From positions 896,001 through 960,000 of the forward strand of contig OZ219917.1 of NCBI GenBank assembly GCA_964291415.2: a stretch of DNA of 64,000 bases, in the 5' to 3' direction. Below are positions 40,654-50,056 of this stretch, one piece after another (position 1 is the first letter of the stretch; every line of letters begins with the position of its first letter). The position numbers and the translations under genes were made by a program. A model generated the notes under the pieces. It was not told the origin of the DNA. It saw nothing but the letters and a program-made list of their open reading frames with translations, and made no database searches. Source of the DNA: Alphaproteobacteria bacterium. GTDB taxonomy: Bacteria; Pseudomonadota; Alphaproteobacteria; SP197.

Positions 40654-43250
40654 TCCGACAGGCCACCTCTCAAGGGATGCAAGGCAGAGTGGCATCAAGA
40701 CCCATTCACTTCCGCGCGTATCAGACCTAGCCGGGCTTGACCTCGATCAGCCGAAGGCTGCCCCGTAGAGGATCGCTGTCTGCCAGGTTGATCGATGTCG
40801 GCCGGCCGATGCCGGACCTATCCTTCGTGGCATCTTCGTGACTCGGTCTCCTACACACTGCTGCCTTGTTTGGCAGCCGCGATTGGCGAGGCGAGAACAG
40901 AACCGTGAGTGAGTTCGCCCCGCTTGCTTCCGTGTGTGTACTGGTGACGGGTGCGACCTAAGACTTCAGTCAAGCATCTGTCAAGCAATGAACAAATGAA
41001 TAAACCCTTATATTACAGTATGTTATAGTCACTATTCCATTGGCATGAAGGTATAGCATGTTACAGAATCAAGCAAGTTTACAGTGACATTGTCCTTCCG
41101 GAAGCCTAATGCGACTACCGCAAGATTCGATTGCAGATTCGCTACAAGATCCCAGCTTCGAAGCAAGTGCATGAGAGTCGCCTGATGTCTGCAGACGACG
41201 GAGTCAAGCACAAGTCAGACAACTCACAGCCCAATTACTCTATGTAAGACAGATATTTATGAGCGACTAGCGGCCCCAATCGAGCCAGTTCCGGCTACAG
41301 AGTCAACCATCTTGGGTGGTCAAGCGCTCGGGAGCCGCCCAGAATGGAAGATAGCTACGCGCCCTCGTGCCCGCGTCGGGGTCTGCCAAAGCGATAACGT
41401 TCGCAGCCACTGCATCATTCAGCAACCTTGAGATCATTGATGAATTTTGTTCGGCCACACCAAACCGTTCTCGAATCGACCTATTGGTCATGGGTTCGCG
41501 AACAACATATCGCAGACAGGCGTGCAGATAACAGGCACGGATCCGATCGTCTCTATCCATGTACCGGAAGTCTCTATGCGAGAACAGAACCGCACGAGTA
41601 AATCCTGCCGGTGCTTCAAAAAGTGGTGCCGGAAGTTGGTATGCCTCGACAAGCGACACAACTTTATCAATACCGCTGCCGCGTTCTTCGCAGATTCCCA
41701 ACCGACGCATAAGAGCAGCAAGAGTCTCATTTCGAGACCTGGGGGGAGTGTCGATAAAGCGCCGAGTATCCACAAGTGGCTCACCCGGACTGGTAACCTC
41801 GATCCGGTCACCGAAAATCTCCACCATCGGACCCGAGCCTGTAACAAAGAAATCTTGATGAATAAGTGCGTTTCCCACCAATTCGCGAACAGCCAAAGTT
41901 GGAAACACAGAAACGGTCTTGCGAAGAGCGCCAGCGATCACTTCATTCACAGGCAGGAGACTGTCGACATATTGAACCATCCCCTCAAAGCCGCAGGCAT
42001 AACCTTTGACACCTTCCTGTTCTCTGACGACTTCAGTACGGTTGTTCCCAGCATATTGGATGACCCTCGTTGCTTTGCGCTGAATGAAGTCAAAACGATC
42101 AAGACGCTTCGAAAACAGGATTGCGCCCATATTGGAAATGTTCCATTTCCCAGCATCGTTTCGGTTAATGAGCCTGTCGCCTTCGAGTGCTTCAAGAATG
42201 CCACTTCGGTTATGCGGTAAAGGCGATTCCAAAAGGTCAAAATAGGATGCATAATCCAACAGGCGCAGTACATCTTCTTCGTCGACGTGTTCGGCTGCGA
42301 TTCCACTTTCAAATGGGATTTCATCGAAGACCCGCCAAAGACGCCTCTCCCTTTCGGGAAAGTTCTTCAGTTTCTTCTTGTACGATCCAACGCGGATCGA
42401 CTCCTCGCCGTTGAAGCGTATTGGACAATGGGTTGCACGTGGAATCCTCAACATGACAATTTGTTTATCACCTTCAATAGAAAAAGTGAAAAACCGAAAT
42501 GCCACATCTGGCTCTAGCATATGTGAAAGCCAGCTTTCGAGTTGCTCTCCACCTTTCCTTTGGGAATAAGGATCGAAACTAGTTCCAACCACCTCGTGGT
42601 CCTCGTCACGCACTCCCCATACCAAGTATGCATAGGTCTTGTATGAAATGGCCGCCGCGTTAGCTAATGCTGAAATATATTCACCGATTTCATTAGGATC
42701 GGAGTTATTGTGCTTGAACTCCACCCACTCGGTTTCGCGCGGTAACGCTCTGAGCTGTGAGAGAAGGTTGGCCAGATGTGTATTGCTCACTATTCTGCCT
42801 CCGCACTTGATGTCGCCCTAGCGACGGCAATGGCGGGTCTAGGCCCGGGAAATGGTCTGCTTGAAATACTATTGCACGGATGACGGCCGCTCCAGTGGCG
42901 TCGGAGCGTGTCCTCGGGGCGCCGAGGAGTGGGTCACCCGCAAACCTGTCATCAGCGAGAAATTATGCCCGAAAGGTGGTGAGAACGGCATTGGCGGCCT
43001 GTTTGATATGCTTGGTGCCACCCTTGAATTGTACCGTATTGGTGGCCTTGGCGACATGGTTGGCGGCTTGACTTTGATCACACCTGTGGATGAGACGATG
43101 CTTCAGGCGACCAGGGGTGCTGCAGCATATTGGCCCTTGATTGCGGAGAGGCGTCCTCGTTGCACATGACGGGAACGATCCGCTTGACGTCGCACAGTTT
43201 CCGGGCGTCGGCAGAGAGATCAGAGTGACAAGGATGATTGAAGGGTAGGT
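40654..43250. mobile_element. Lower-GC horizontally acquired insert (no mobility gene visible)
   Basis: Abrupt rise in A/T content after the purK stop; A/T-ending codons in the 41303-42790 gene; boundaries approximate. Confidence 0.55.
41303..42790 (-). CDS. Schlafen/AlbA_2 domain protein with HATPase_c_4-like and C-terminal HTH regions
   Basis: ETEWVEFKHN...ISALANAA...YLVWGV (AlbA_2); AVRELVGNALIHQDF...DRIEVTSPG...RNETLA...CEERGSGIDK; C-terminal MTNRSIRERFG. Confidence 0.82.
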   Translation of the reverse strand: MSNTHLANLLSQLRALPRETEWVEFKHNNSDPNEIGEYISALANAAAISYKTYAYLVWGVRDEDHEVVGTSFDPYSQRKGGEQLESWLSHMLEPDVAFRFFTFSIEGDKQIVMLRIPRATHCPIRFNGEESIRVGSYKKKLKNFPERERRLWRVFDEIPFESGIAAEHVDEEDVLRLLDYASYFDLLESPLPHNRSGILEALEGDRLINRNDAGKWNISNMGAILFSKRLDRFDFIQRKATRVIQYAGNNRTEVVREQEGVKGYACGFEGMVQYVDSLLPVNEVIAGALRKTVSVFPTLAVRELVGNALIHQDFFVTGSGPMVEIFGDRIEVTSPGEPLVDTRRFIDTPPRSRNETLAALMRRLGICEERGSGIDKVVSLVEAYQLPAPLFEAPAGFTRAVLFSHRDFRYMDRDDRIRACYLHACLRYVVREPMTNRSIRERFGVAEQNSSMISRLLNDAVAANVIALADPDAGTRARSYLPFWAAPERLTTQDG

Positions 43251-43255
43251 GCCGT

Positions 43256-43384
43256 GCACGGGCAGTGCCACTCAGGCGATCGTCACCGTTCCGGGAGAAT
43301 TCAATGTCCTGGCCGGTCTCTTGTCCCGGTCCCGATCAAGTTCGTGGGACCGGGAAAACACCCGTTGCCGGAGATTCCCGCATG
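43256..43384 (+). repeat. Imperfect direct repeat, copy 1 (leader of the methyltransferase gene) containing an extra palindrome
   Basis: GCACGGGCAGTGCCAC...CGTTCCGGGAGAATTCAATGTCCTGGCCGGT...GCATG; internal hairpin TCCCGGTCCC/GGGACCGGGA. Confidence 0.75.
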
Positions 43385-43894
43385 AACGCGGAACTCATCA
43401 AGGCCATTGTGATCCTGCCAGGGACGGCGCTCGTGTACATTCCCGGAGCCCTGCTCTGGACCTCGGCCGGCACCTCGGCCGACATGGTGCCGGCAGAGAT
43501 CGCCGGGACCCGATTGTGGATTGGTCTCGTCGTCGCCGTGATCGGACTCGTCATCGCCGTTTGGACGGTCAGACTGTTCCTGACCGTGGGCAAGGGCACT
43601 CCAGCTCCGTGGGCGCCCCCGCAGAGACTGGTCGTCCGCGGTCCATATCGCTACGTCCGAAACCCCATGATCACGGGCGTCCTGTTCATGCTCGCCGGCG
43701 AGTCCCTCATTCTTGGCTCATGGCCCGTCGCGGGCTGGACGCTTGGCTTCTTCCTTCTCAACTCGCTCCACTTCGTGCTGGTGGAGGAGCCGGGCCTCGA
43801 ACGACGGCTCGGCGAGGATTATCGGCAGTACAAGGCAAACGTGCCGCGCTGGATCCCCAGGCTGACGCCGTGGGAGACGGACCCGGATGGATGA
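43382..43894 (+). CDS. Isoprenylcysteine carboxylmethyltransferase/PEMT family membrane protein
   Basis: GKGTPAPWAPP..LVVRGPYRYVRNPM, EEPGLERRLGEDY..Y...VPRWIP. Confidence 0.9.
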   Translation: MNAELIKAIVILPGTALVYIPGALLWTSAGTSADMVPAEIAGTRLWIGLVVAVIGLVIAVWTVRLFLTVGKGTPAPWAPPQRLVVRGPYRYVRNPMITGVLFMLAGESLILGSWPVAGWTLGFFLLNSLHFVLVEEPGLERRLGEDYRQYKANVPRWIPRLTPWETDPDG

Positions 43895-44000
43895 GCACGG
43901 GCAATGTCACGCACGCGATTCGGCGTCGTTCCGAGAGAATTCAATGTCCTGACCGGTTTCCGGGCCGCGTGAAACCCGGCGCCGGCAATACTCCAGCATG
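43895..44000 (+). repeat. Imperfect direct repeat, copy 2
   Basis: GCACGGGCAATGTCAC...CGTTCCGAGAGAATTCAATGTCCTGACCGGT...GCATG; begins at the first base after the stop codon. Confidence 0.75.
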
Positions 44001-44029
44001 CTGGACCGGCCATGGCAGCACCGGTGCCG

Positions 44030-44683
44030 TCAACGATCGGGCCGGCAGCCGGAAAAGGGCGATCGTGACATGGCGAAACGGGCTATTGGTCCCGGTCGCA
44101 GCCGGGGGATGCGCGCCTTCAGCGTGCCGATGGTCATGACATCGGCAATGCGGCGGTCGAGAAAGGCCCAGGTCGTTTCGCGGCCCGGACTGTCGTCGTT
44201 GAGCCAGCAGAGCAGCGTCGCCGCATGGACGCCCGCCAGCAGCAGACGCTTGGTGTAGTAGTTGAAGTCGGTTGCCGTGTCTCCGGCGGCATGCCAGATG
44301 GCGTCGACCGTGCGCCAGAGTGTCCTGGCACCGGTGGGACCGGTTTTGAGGGCGGCGGCCCTCAGCACCGCCTCGCGATGTTTGCCATCGACCTCGAGGC
44401 GGATTCTCACCGCCGTGGCGATACGGTCGCGCACCCTCATGTCTGCGAGATTGATCGCCGAGAGTTCATCAAGCATGGCGCGGTCGCCCTCGGCGAGAAA
44501 GAAGGACACCATCTCGCCGGCCCCTTCCGGAAACAGCCGCCGCGCCTCGCCAGCCTCCATCCCGGCATCGGCAGCGCCGGCATCGATCGATGCGCGGGTC
44601 CAGCCGTCAAAAGGCACATGGGGAAGGGTGGCGGCAAGAAGCCGCCGCCGGAGATCCTGCCTGGTGGCGGAAGCCGTCGTCAT
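44030..44683 (-). CDS. COQ9 family protein (RpsU-divergently transcribed protein)
   Basis: HVPFDGWT, VDAIWHAAGDTATDFNYYTKR, TWAFLDRRI. Confidence 0.92.
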   Translation of the reverse strand: MTTASATRQDLRRRLLAATLPHVPFDGWTRASIDAGAADAGMEAGEARRLFPEGAGEMVSFFLAEGDRAMLDELSAINLADMRVRDRIATAVRIRLEVDGKHREAVLRAAALKTGPTGARTLWRTVDAIWHAAGDTATDFNYYTKRLLLAGVHAATLLCWLNDDSPGRETTWAFLDRRIADVMTIGTLKARIPRLRPGPIARFAMSRSPFSGCRPDR

Positions 44684-45198
44684 GACTCGTCCTCTTCGGC
44701 GCGCCAGTGTCGTTCCGAGGTGAAGATGAAATGTCGCATGTCCGTCATCCGCTGCGGGTAGAGGATGCCGTCAAGATGGTCGAACTCGTGCTGAACCACC
44801 ACCGCATGATAGCCGTCCACGGTCCTTGAGACCTCGACCCCGTCAGGCGTGGTGCCGGTGTAGCTCACGCTGGGTGCGCGCGGTACAAGCCCCTGCAGCC
44901 CGGGGACCGAGAGGCATCCCTCCCAGCCCTCCACGCGCTCGTCGGTGAGGATCTCGTGGCGCGGGTTGACGAGCGCCAGGACCGGTTCGTCCTCCGGGGC
45001 ATCGGGAGGCATGAACACCACGATGCGCAAGGGAACATGGACCTGGGGCGCGGCGAGACCCACGCCGCCCGCATCGTGCATGGTCTCGATCATGTCTTCG
45101 ACGAGCTGGCGCACCTCGGGCGCCGTCGGGTCCGCCACCTCTGCGGCGCGTCCGGCCAGCACCGGGTGCCCCATGCGTGCAATCTTCAGCAGCGTCAC
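44680..45198 (-). CDS. def: Peptide deformylase
   Basis: GVGLAAPQ, EGCLS, QHEFDHLDG. Confidence 0.96.
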   Translation of the reverse strand: MTLLKIARMGHPVLAGRAAEVADPTAPEVRQLVEDMIETMHDAGGVGLAAPQVHVPLRIVVFMPPDAPEDEPVLALVNPRHEILTDERVEGWEGCLSVPGLQGLVPRAPSVSYTGTTPDGVEVSRTVDGYHAVVVQHEFDHLDGILYPQRMTDMRHFIFTSERHWRAEEDES

Positions 45199-45401
45199 CG
45201 GTGGTGCTCCTCGCCCATCGCCACGCCGCCCTCGAGGATGCGTCGACGGGTTGCCGCCACCACCCCCGGATCGATGGCATCCGGCTCACGCCACTCCAGG
45301 CAGGGCGCCGGCGCGTCGGGAAGGCCCGGGCGGGCGACATTGCCGATGTCCGATGACTCCTCGATCCGGTCGAGGCGGATATCTCCAAGCATCACCGTCA
45401 T
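45195..45401 (-). pseudogene. Possible internally deleted MBL-fold hydrolase remnant
   Basis: LGDIRLDRIEE...LPD...W.EPDAIDP joined directly to AATRRRILE; RBS present and GTGA-coupled to def. Confidence 0.4.
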
Positions 45402-45505
45402 CGGACTCCGCGCGCCATGCACCCTTCACAAGGACCTGGGTAGCATGGTAATAGCACACGCGCCGGGATAGCACGACGCCGGCCGAACCCTTGAGGAGAA
45501 GACCC

Positions 45506-45715
45506 ATCGTTCACATCATTGTCCGCGACAACAACGTCGACCAGGCCCTGCGGGCGCTGAAGAAGAAGCTGCAGCGCGAGGGCGTTTATCGTGAAATGAA
45601 ACTGCGCCGCCACTTCGAGAAGCCGTCGGAGAAGAAGAAGCGCGAGCGCGCCGAAGGCGTGCGCCGGGCCCGCAAGATGGCCCGCAAGCGGGCCCTGAGG
45701 GAAGGCAACGCCTGA
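45506..45715 (+). CDS. rpsU: 30S ribosomal protein S21 (probable ATC start; alternative TTG at 45491)
   Basis: [34 protein letters not shown]. Confidence 0.95.
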   Translation: MVHIIVRDNNVDQALRALKKKLQREGVYREMKLRRHFEKPSEKKKRERAEGVRRARKMARKRALREGNA

Positions 45716-45722
45716 GTCCCCT

Positions 45723-47108
45723 TCAAAGTCCCTTCACAATATCCTCGACCATCTTCCTCGCATCCGCGAACAGCATCATGGTGTTGTTGCGGTAGAACAG
45801 CGGGTTGTCGATTCCGGCATATCCCGGTGAAAGCGATCGCTTGACCACCATGACGGCGGCCGCGTTCTCGGCGTTGAGCACCGGCATGCCGGCAATCGGA
45901 CACGAGGGATCGGTCTTGGCCAGGGGATTGCAGACATCGTTGGCGCCGATCACGAAGGCGACGTCGGCGGTGGAGAACTGTGAATTGATTTCCTCGAGTT
46001 CGAAGACCTCGTCATAGGGAATGTTCGCTTCGGCGAGCAGGACATTCATGTGCCCGGGCATGCGCCCGGCGACGGGATGGATAGCGTAGGCCACCTCGAC
46101 GCCGTTGTCCTTGAGCTTGTCGGCCATGTCCCTCAGGGCGTGCTGCGCCTGGGCGACCGCCATGCCGTATCCGGGAATGATGATTGCCTTGCGGGCATTC
46201 TGCAGGATGAAGGCCGCATCATCGGCGCTGCCCTGGTTCACCTTGCGCTGGCCGGCTGCCGTGTCGACCGGTCCGGAACCACCGAATCCGCCCAGGATGA
46301 CGTTGACGAAGGAGCGGTTCATGCCCTTGCACATGATGTAGCTCAGGATGGCGCCGGACGACCCGACGAGGGCACCGGTGATGATGAGGAGCTCGTTTTC
46401 CAGGGTGAAGCCGATACCGGCCGCGGCCCAGCCGGAGTAGCTGTTGAGCATGGATACAACCACCGGCATGTCCGCGCCGCCGATCGGGACGATGAGGGTG
46501 ACTCCGATCAGGAAGGCCAGTGCGGCGACAATCCAGAAGGCGCCCGTGTGGCCGTTGGCGGCAAACCACACGCCGGCAGCGGCCATGACGGCGCCGATCA
46601 GCAGGTTGAGAAGATGCTGTCCCCGGAAGACCATCGGGGCGCCGGACACCAGGCCCTGGAGCTTGGCGAAGGCGACCACGGAGCCGGAAAAGGTGATGGC
46701 GCCGATCGCCATGCCGAGGATCATCTCGATCCTGCTGGCAAGCCGGATGGCGCCGTCGGCGCCCACGATGCCGTAGGCTTCCGGAGAATAGAGCGCTGCT
46801 GCAGCGACGAGAACGGCTGCCAGGCCCACCAGGCTGTGAAAGGCGGCCACCAGTTGCGGCATCGCCGTCATCCGGATGTTGAAGGCGATGGCCGTGCCGA
46901 TGGCGCCGCCGACGAGAAGGCCGCCAGCGATCCACCAGTAGGACATGACGGAGGGATCGGCGATCGTGACGGCAACGGCGATGATCATGCCGATCATGCC
47001 GACGAGATTGCCCCGGCGCGATGACTCAGGCGCCGAGAGGCCCTTGAGCGCCAGGATGAAGCAGATCGCCGCCACCAGGTAGGCGAGGGCCGCCAGGTCG
47101 GCGGTCAT
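45723..47108 (-). CDS. pntB: NAD(P) transhydrogenase subunit beta
   Basis: MPQLVAAFHSLVG, IGGADMPVVVSMLNSYSG, PGYGMAVAQAQH, HPVAGRMPGHMNVLLAEA. Confidence 0.97.
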   Translation of the reverse strand: MTADLAALAYLVAAICFILALKGLSAPESSRRGNLVGMIGMIIAVAVTIADPSVMSYWWIAGGLLVGGAIGTAIAFNIRMTAMPQLVAAFHSLVGLAAVLVAAAALYSPEAYGIVGADGAIRLASRIEMILGMAIGAITFSGSVVAFAKLQGLVSGAPMVFRGQHLLNLLIGAVMAAAGVWFAANGHTGAFWIVAALAFLIGVTLIVPIGGADMPVVVSMLNSYSGWAAAGIGFTLENELLIITGALVGSSGAILSYIMCKGMNRSFVNVILGGFGGSGPVDTAAGQRKVNQGSADDAAFILQNARKAIIIPGYGMAVAQAQHALRDMADKLKDNGVEVAYAIHPVAGRMPGHMNVLLAEANIPYDEVFELEEINSQFSTADVAFVIGANDVCNPLAKTDPSCPIAGMPVLNAENAAAVMVVKRSLSPGYAGIDNPLFYRNNTMMLFADARKMVEDIVKGL

Positions 47109-47419
47109 GGATCCTGTCCCCTGGCGCCGTCCCTCCGGCGGAACATCTCCAGCATGCGCTGGGTCACGGCGAAGCCGCCAAAAATGTTGATGGCCGCCAG
47201 GGTGACGGCGACGAAACCGAGGATGCCCGAAAGGTCCATTCCCTCCGGTCCGGCAGCGATCAGCGCACCGACGATGATGACGCTGGAAATCGCGTTGGTG
47301 ACCGACATCAGGGGCGTATGGAGTGCCGGGGTCACGGCCCAGACCACATGGTACCCGACAAAGATGGCGAGCACGAAGATTGTCAGCCGGAAGAAGAACG
47401 GATCGACAGCGGCTTCCAT
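47105..47419 (-). CDS. pntAB: NAD(P) transhydrogenase subunit alpha part 2
   Basis: VTPALHTPLMSVTNAISS, NIFGGFAVTQRML. Confidence 0.95.
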   Translation of the reverse strand: MEAAVDPFFFRLTIFVLAIFVGYHVVWAVTPALHTPLMSVTNAISSVIIVGALIAAGPEGMDLSGILGFVAVTLAAINIFGGFAVTQRMLEMFRRRDGARGQDP

Positions 47420-47423
47420 GAGC

Positions 47424-48572
47424 TCAGCACTCCTTCGTGTCGCAGAGCAGGGGGTGGACAAGCACGCCGTCACGCATCACGCACATTCCATTGATCACCT
47501 CGTCCGCGTGATCAAGCGCCAGGCGTCCGGCAGAGGAGTCGATGAAGGGCGTGATGAGATTGAACAGGTTGCGTGCGTAGAAGGTCGAGGCATCGGCCGC
47601 CAGACGTCCCGCAACGTTGGAAAAGCCGACAATGGTGACACCGTCGGCATCGACGATTTCGTCGCAGCGGCTGCCATCGCAGTTGCCGCCGTCCTCGACC
47701 GCGAGGTCGACGATGACCGAGCCTGGTTTCATGTCCTGGACCATGGCGGCGGTCACCAGCCGCGGCGCCGGGCGCCCGGGAATGCGTGCGGTGGTGATGC
47801 AGATGTCGGTCTTCTTCAGGGCGCCCGCGATCACCTCGCCCTGCCGGGCGAGATAGGTATCATCCATCTCCCGGGCGTAGCCTCCTTCGGTCTCGGCGTC
47901 ACCGGCGCCAGGGACCTCCACGAAGGTGGCGCCGAGACTCTCCACCTCCTCCTTGACAGCCGCGCGCACATCGAAGGCCTCGACCACGGCACCAAGCCGC
48001 CGTGCCGTGGCAATGGCCTGGAGCCCCGCCACGCCGGCGCCGAGGACCAGCACCCGTGCCGGCGCGATCGTTCCGGCGGCCGTCATCATCATGGGCATGG
48101 CGCGGCCGAAGAACATGCAGGCGTCCAGCACCGCCTTGTAGCCGGCCAGGCTGGCCTGGGATGTCAGGGCGTCCATCGACTGGGCGCGACTGATCCTGGG
48201 GATCAGCTCCATGGCCAGCACGGTCAGTCGCCTGGCGGCGTAGCCGGCGTACTGTTCGCGGTCGACGAGGGGATTGATGAGGCCGACGACGATGCATCCT
48301 TCGGGGATGAGGGCCAGTTCGTCGACGTCGTCCGTGGCGACCGGCCGGCCGACCTTGAAGACGATGTCAGCGCCGTTCAGGACATCCGCGGCATCGGCGG
48401 ACACGTTGGCGCCGGCCTCGCGAAACGTGACGTCCGTCCAGCCGGCGGCGTCGCCTGCTCCCGCTTCAATGGCGACTGCGACACCCTGGTTCTTCAGCCT
48501 CTTGACCATGTCCGGAGAGGCGGCAACCCTGGTCTCGCCGGGGTGACGCTCCCGCAATACTGCACACTTCAT
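47424..48572 (-). CDS. pntAA: NAD(P) transhydrogenase subunit alpha part 1
   Basis: GETRVAASP, PRISRAQSMD, GAGVAGLQAIATA, GGYA, DLAVEDGGNC. Confidence 0.95.
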   Translation of the reverse strand: MKCAVLRERHPGETRVAASPDMVKRLKNQGVAVAIEAGAGDAAGWTDVTFREAGANVSADAADVLNGADIVFKVGRPVATDDVDELALIPEGCIVVGLINPLVDREQYAGYAARRLTVLAMELIPRISRAQSMDALTSQASLAGYKAVLDACMFFGRAMPMMMTAAGTIAPARVLVLGAGVAGLQAIATARRLGAVVEAFDVRAAVKEEVESLGATFVEVPGAGDAETEGGYAREMDDTYLARQGEVIAGALKKTDICITTARIPGRPAPRLVTAAMVQDMKPGSVIVDLAVEDGGNCDGSRCDEIVDADGVTIVGFSNVAGRLAADASTFYARNLFNLITPFIDSSAGRLALDHADEVINGMCVMRDGVLVHPLLCDTKEC

Positions 48573-48966
48573 CGACTGTCCGGATGACTGGGGGACGGGC
48601 GCCACATCTTGGCGAAGACACCGGACAATGTGAAGGGGAGGGTGGTGACACTGTCATGCCCTGCACCAGTTCGACCACCGCGCAGGCCTCCTTGGCGCAG
48701 TCGCGAAGGTTGGTCCTGCGTTAACCCAACCCCATGCCGAAGCCGTGATGGCCGATGGTGGGACACGACCAAGGCAACCAGGAAGGGAATGAAGATCGCG
48801 ATATCCAGCGACACCGGGAGATTCTCTTTTCTTCCAAGACGATGGCGAGGATTGTGATGAAAAAATGTGACAATGCTGCATACTTGCCAGTCAACGCAAC
48901 ATGGCCGTTTCAAGAGCCATGAGTGACACCATGCAGATTCAACAATGGAATGAGGAGGACCAAGGC

Positions 48967-49977
48967 ATGATTTCTCGGCGTAGTTTTCTTCAAACTGGTA
49001 GCTGCCTGGGGCTGGCGGCCGTCGTTCCTTCCGTTGTCGTTCCGGCGCACGCCGGGACCTCCATCACCGTCGCGGAGAGCGAAGGACACGGCTGGGCGGT
49101 GGTCTATACGGCAGATGCCGCCGGCCTGTGGGCCAAGAATGGCCTGGAGGCCAGCGTTGCCAAGTTCACGGCCGGTCGTCTGGCGCTCGATGCGGTGCTG
49201 ACGGAGAATGCCGACTTCTGCACGACCACCCAGAGCCCGACATTGCTTGCACTGATGCGCGGCCTGGAACCGCGTATCGTGGCTGATTTCAGCCGCTCCT
49301 CCAGGGAAATGCTGGTGGCCGCCAACAGGACACTGGGCGTTTCCGAACCGTCTGACCTCAAGGGCAGAAAGATTGCCACCAAGGTGGGCACGAGTGGCCA
49401 TTTCTTCCTCAATCAATGGCTGGCGCTTCATGGCATGGCATTGAGCGACGTTGAACTGGTGAACATGGGCGGCCCGGAGATGGTGACCGCGGTTGTTCGC
49501 GGAGATGTCGACGCGTTTGCCTGGGACTGGCTGACAGCTATTGCCGCCCAGAACCAGGCCGGCGAGGACATTGTCGTGCTGGATCGGGAAGGCATAGAAG
49601 AGATCTGGGCGTACCGCCTGATTCTTGTCGCCAACAACAGCCTGGTCGAGGAATCACCGGAAACGGTCGAAATGGCGGTGCAGAGCCTGCTGGACGCGGA
49701 AGATCTGATCAACACGGACCGCGCCCAGGCAATCGAGCATGTTGCCGAACGGACCGCGACATCCATCGATGACACCTCCACGGGAATGGACCTGCTCGAT
49801 ATCGGGGTGATACTCGATGATGGCCTGGTCGACGTCATGGTTGCGGAAGCCGAATGGGCAATAGGTCAGGGTATCTCACCGGAGTACGATGGCGACCTGC
49901 GTGCTCTCTTCAGGGGTGCGGTCTACGAGGACGCTCTCCAGAAACTGGCACCTGAGCGCGTGAACCTGTCGAGCTGA
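48967..49977 (+). CDS. SsuA/TauA/NMT1-type ABC substrate-binding protein, Tat-exported
   Basis: SRRSFL Tat motif, DLKGRKIA...GTSGHF, GDVDA; GAGGAGG RBS. Confidence 0.85.
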   Translation: MISRRSFLQTGSCLGLAAVVPSVVVPAHAGTSITVAESEGHGWAVVYTADAAGLWAKNGLEASVAKFTAGRLALDAVLTENADFCTTTQSPTLLALMRGLEPRIVADFSRSSREMLVAANRTLGVSEPSDLKGRKIATKVGTSGHFFLNQWLALHGMALSDVELVNMGGPEMVTAVVRGDVDAFAWDWLTAIAAQNQAGEDIVVLDREGIEEIWAYRLILVANNSLVEESPETVEMAVQSLLDAEDLINTDRAQAIEHVAERTATSIDDTSTGMDLLDIGVILDDGLVDVMVAEAEWAIGQGISPEYDGDLRALFRGAVYEDALQKLAPERVNLSS

Positions 49978-50056
49978 ATTCTGGTGGTGGTGAGGGAAGA
50001 GCGTGAGACGAGTCGCGCGGGGAAGCGAGGCGGCTCGATCCTCCGGTAGAAGCTCC

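Noticed and set aside
41001-41028. dif-like site (TAAACCCTTAT-ATTACA-GTATGTTATAG)
   Set aside because: Only a partial XerD-arm resemblance; the XerC arm does not match.
42852-43169. 105-aa ORF with recurring (I/V)GGL / TTGGYGGC motif
   Set aside because: No recognisable family, weak RBS and irregular repeat spacing; cannot be supported as a gene or repeat array.
43256-44000. Repeats as a CRISPR array or integron attC sites
   Set aside because: Only two long degenerate copies separated by a whole gene; no cas or intI gene and no attC core ends.
48600-48860. Short hydrophobic frame (SLDIAIFIPFLVALVV) upstream of pntAA
   Set aside because: Too short and quickly degenerate; possibly a membrane-protein remnant but unsupported.
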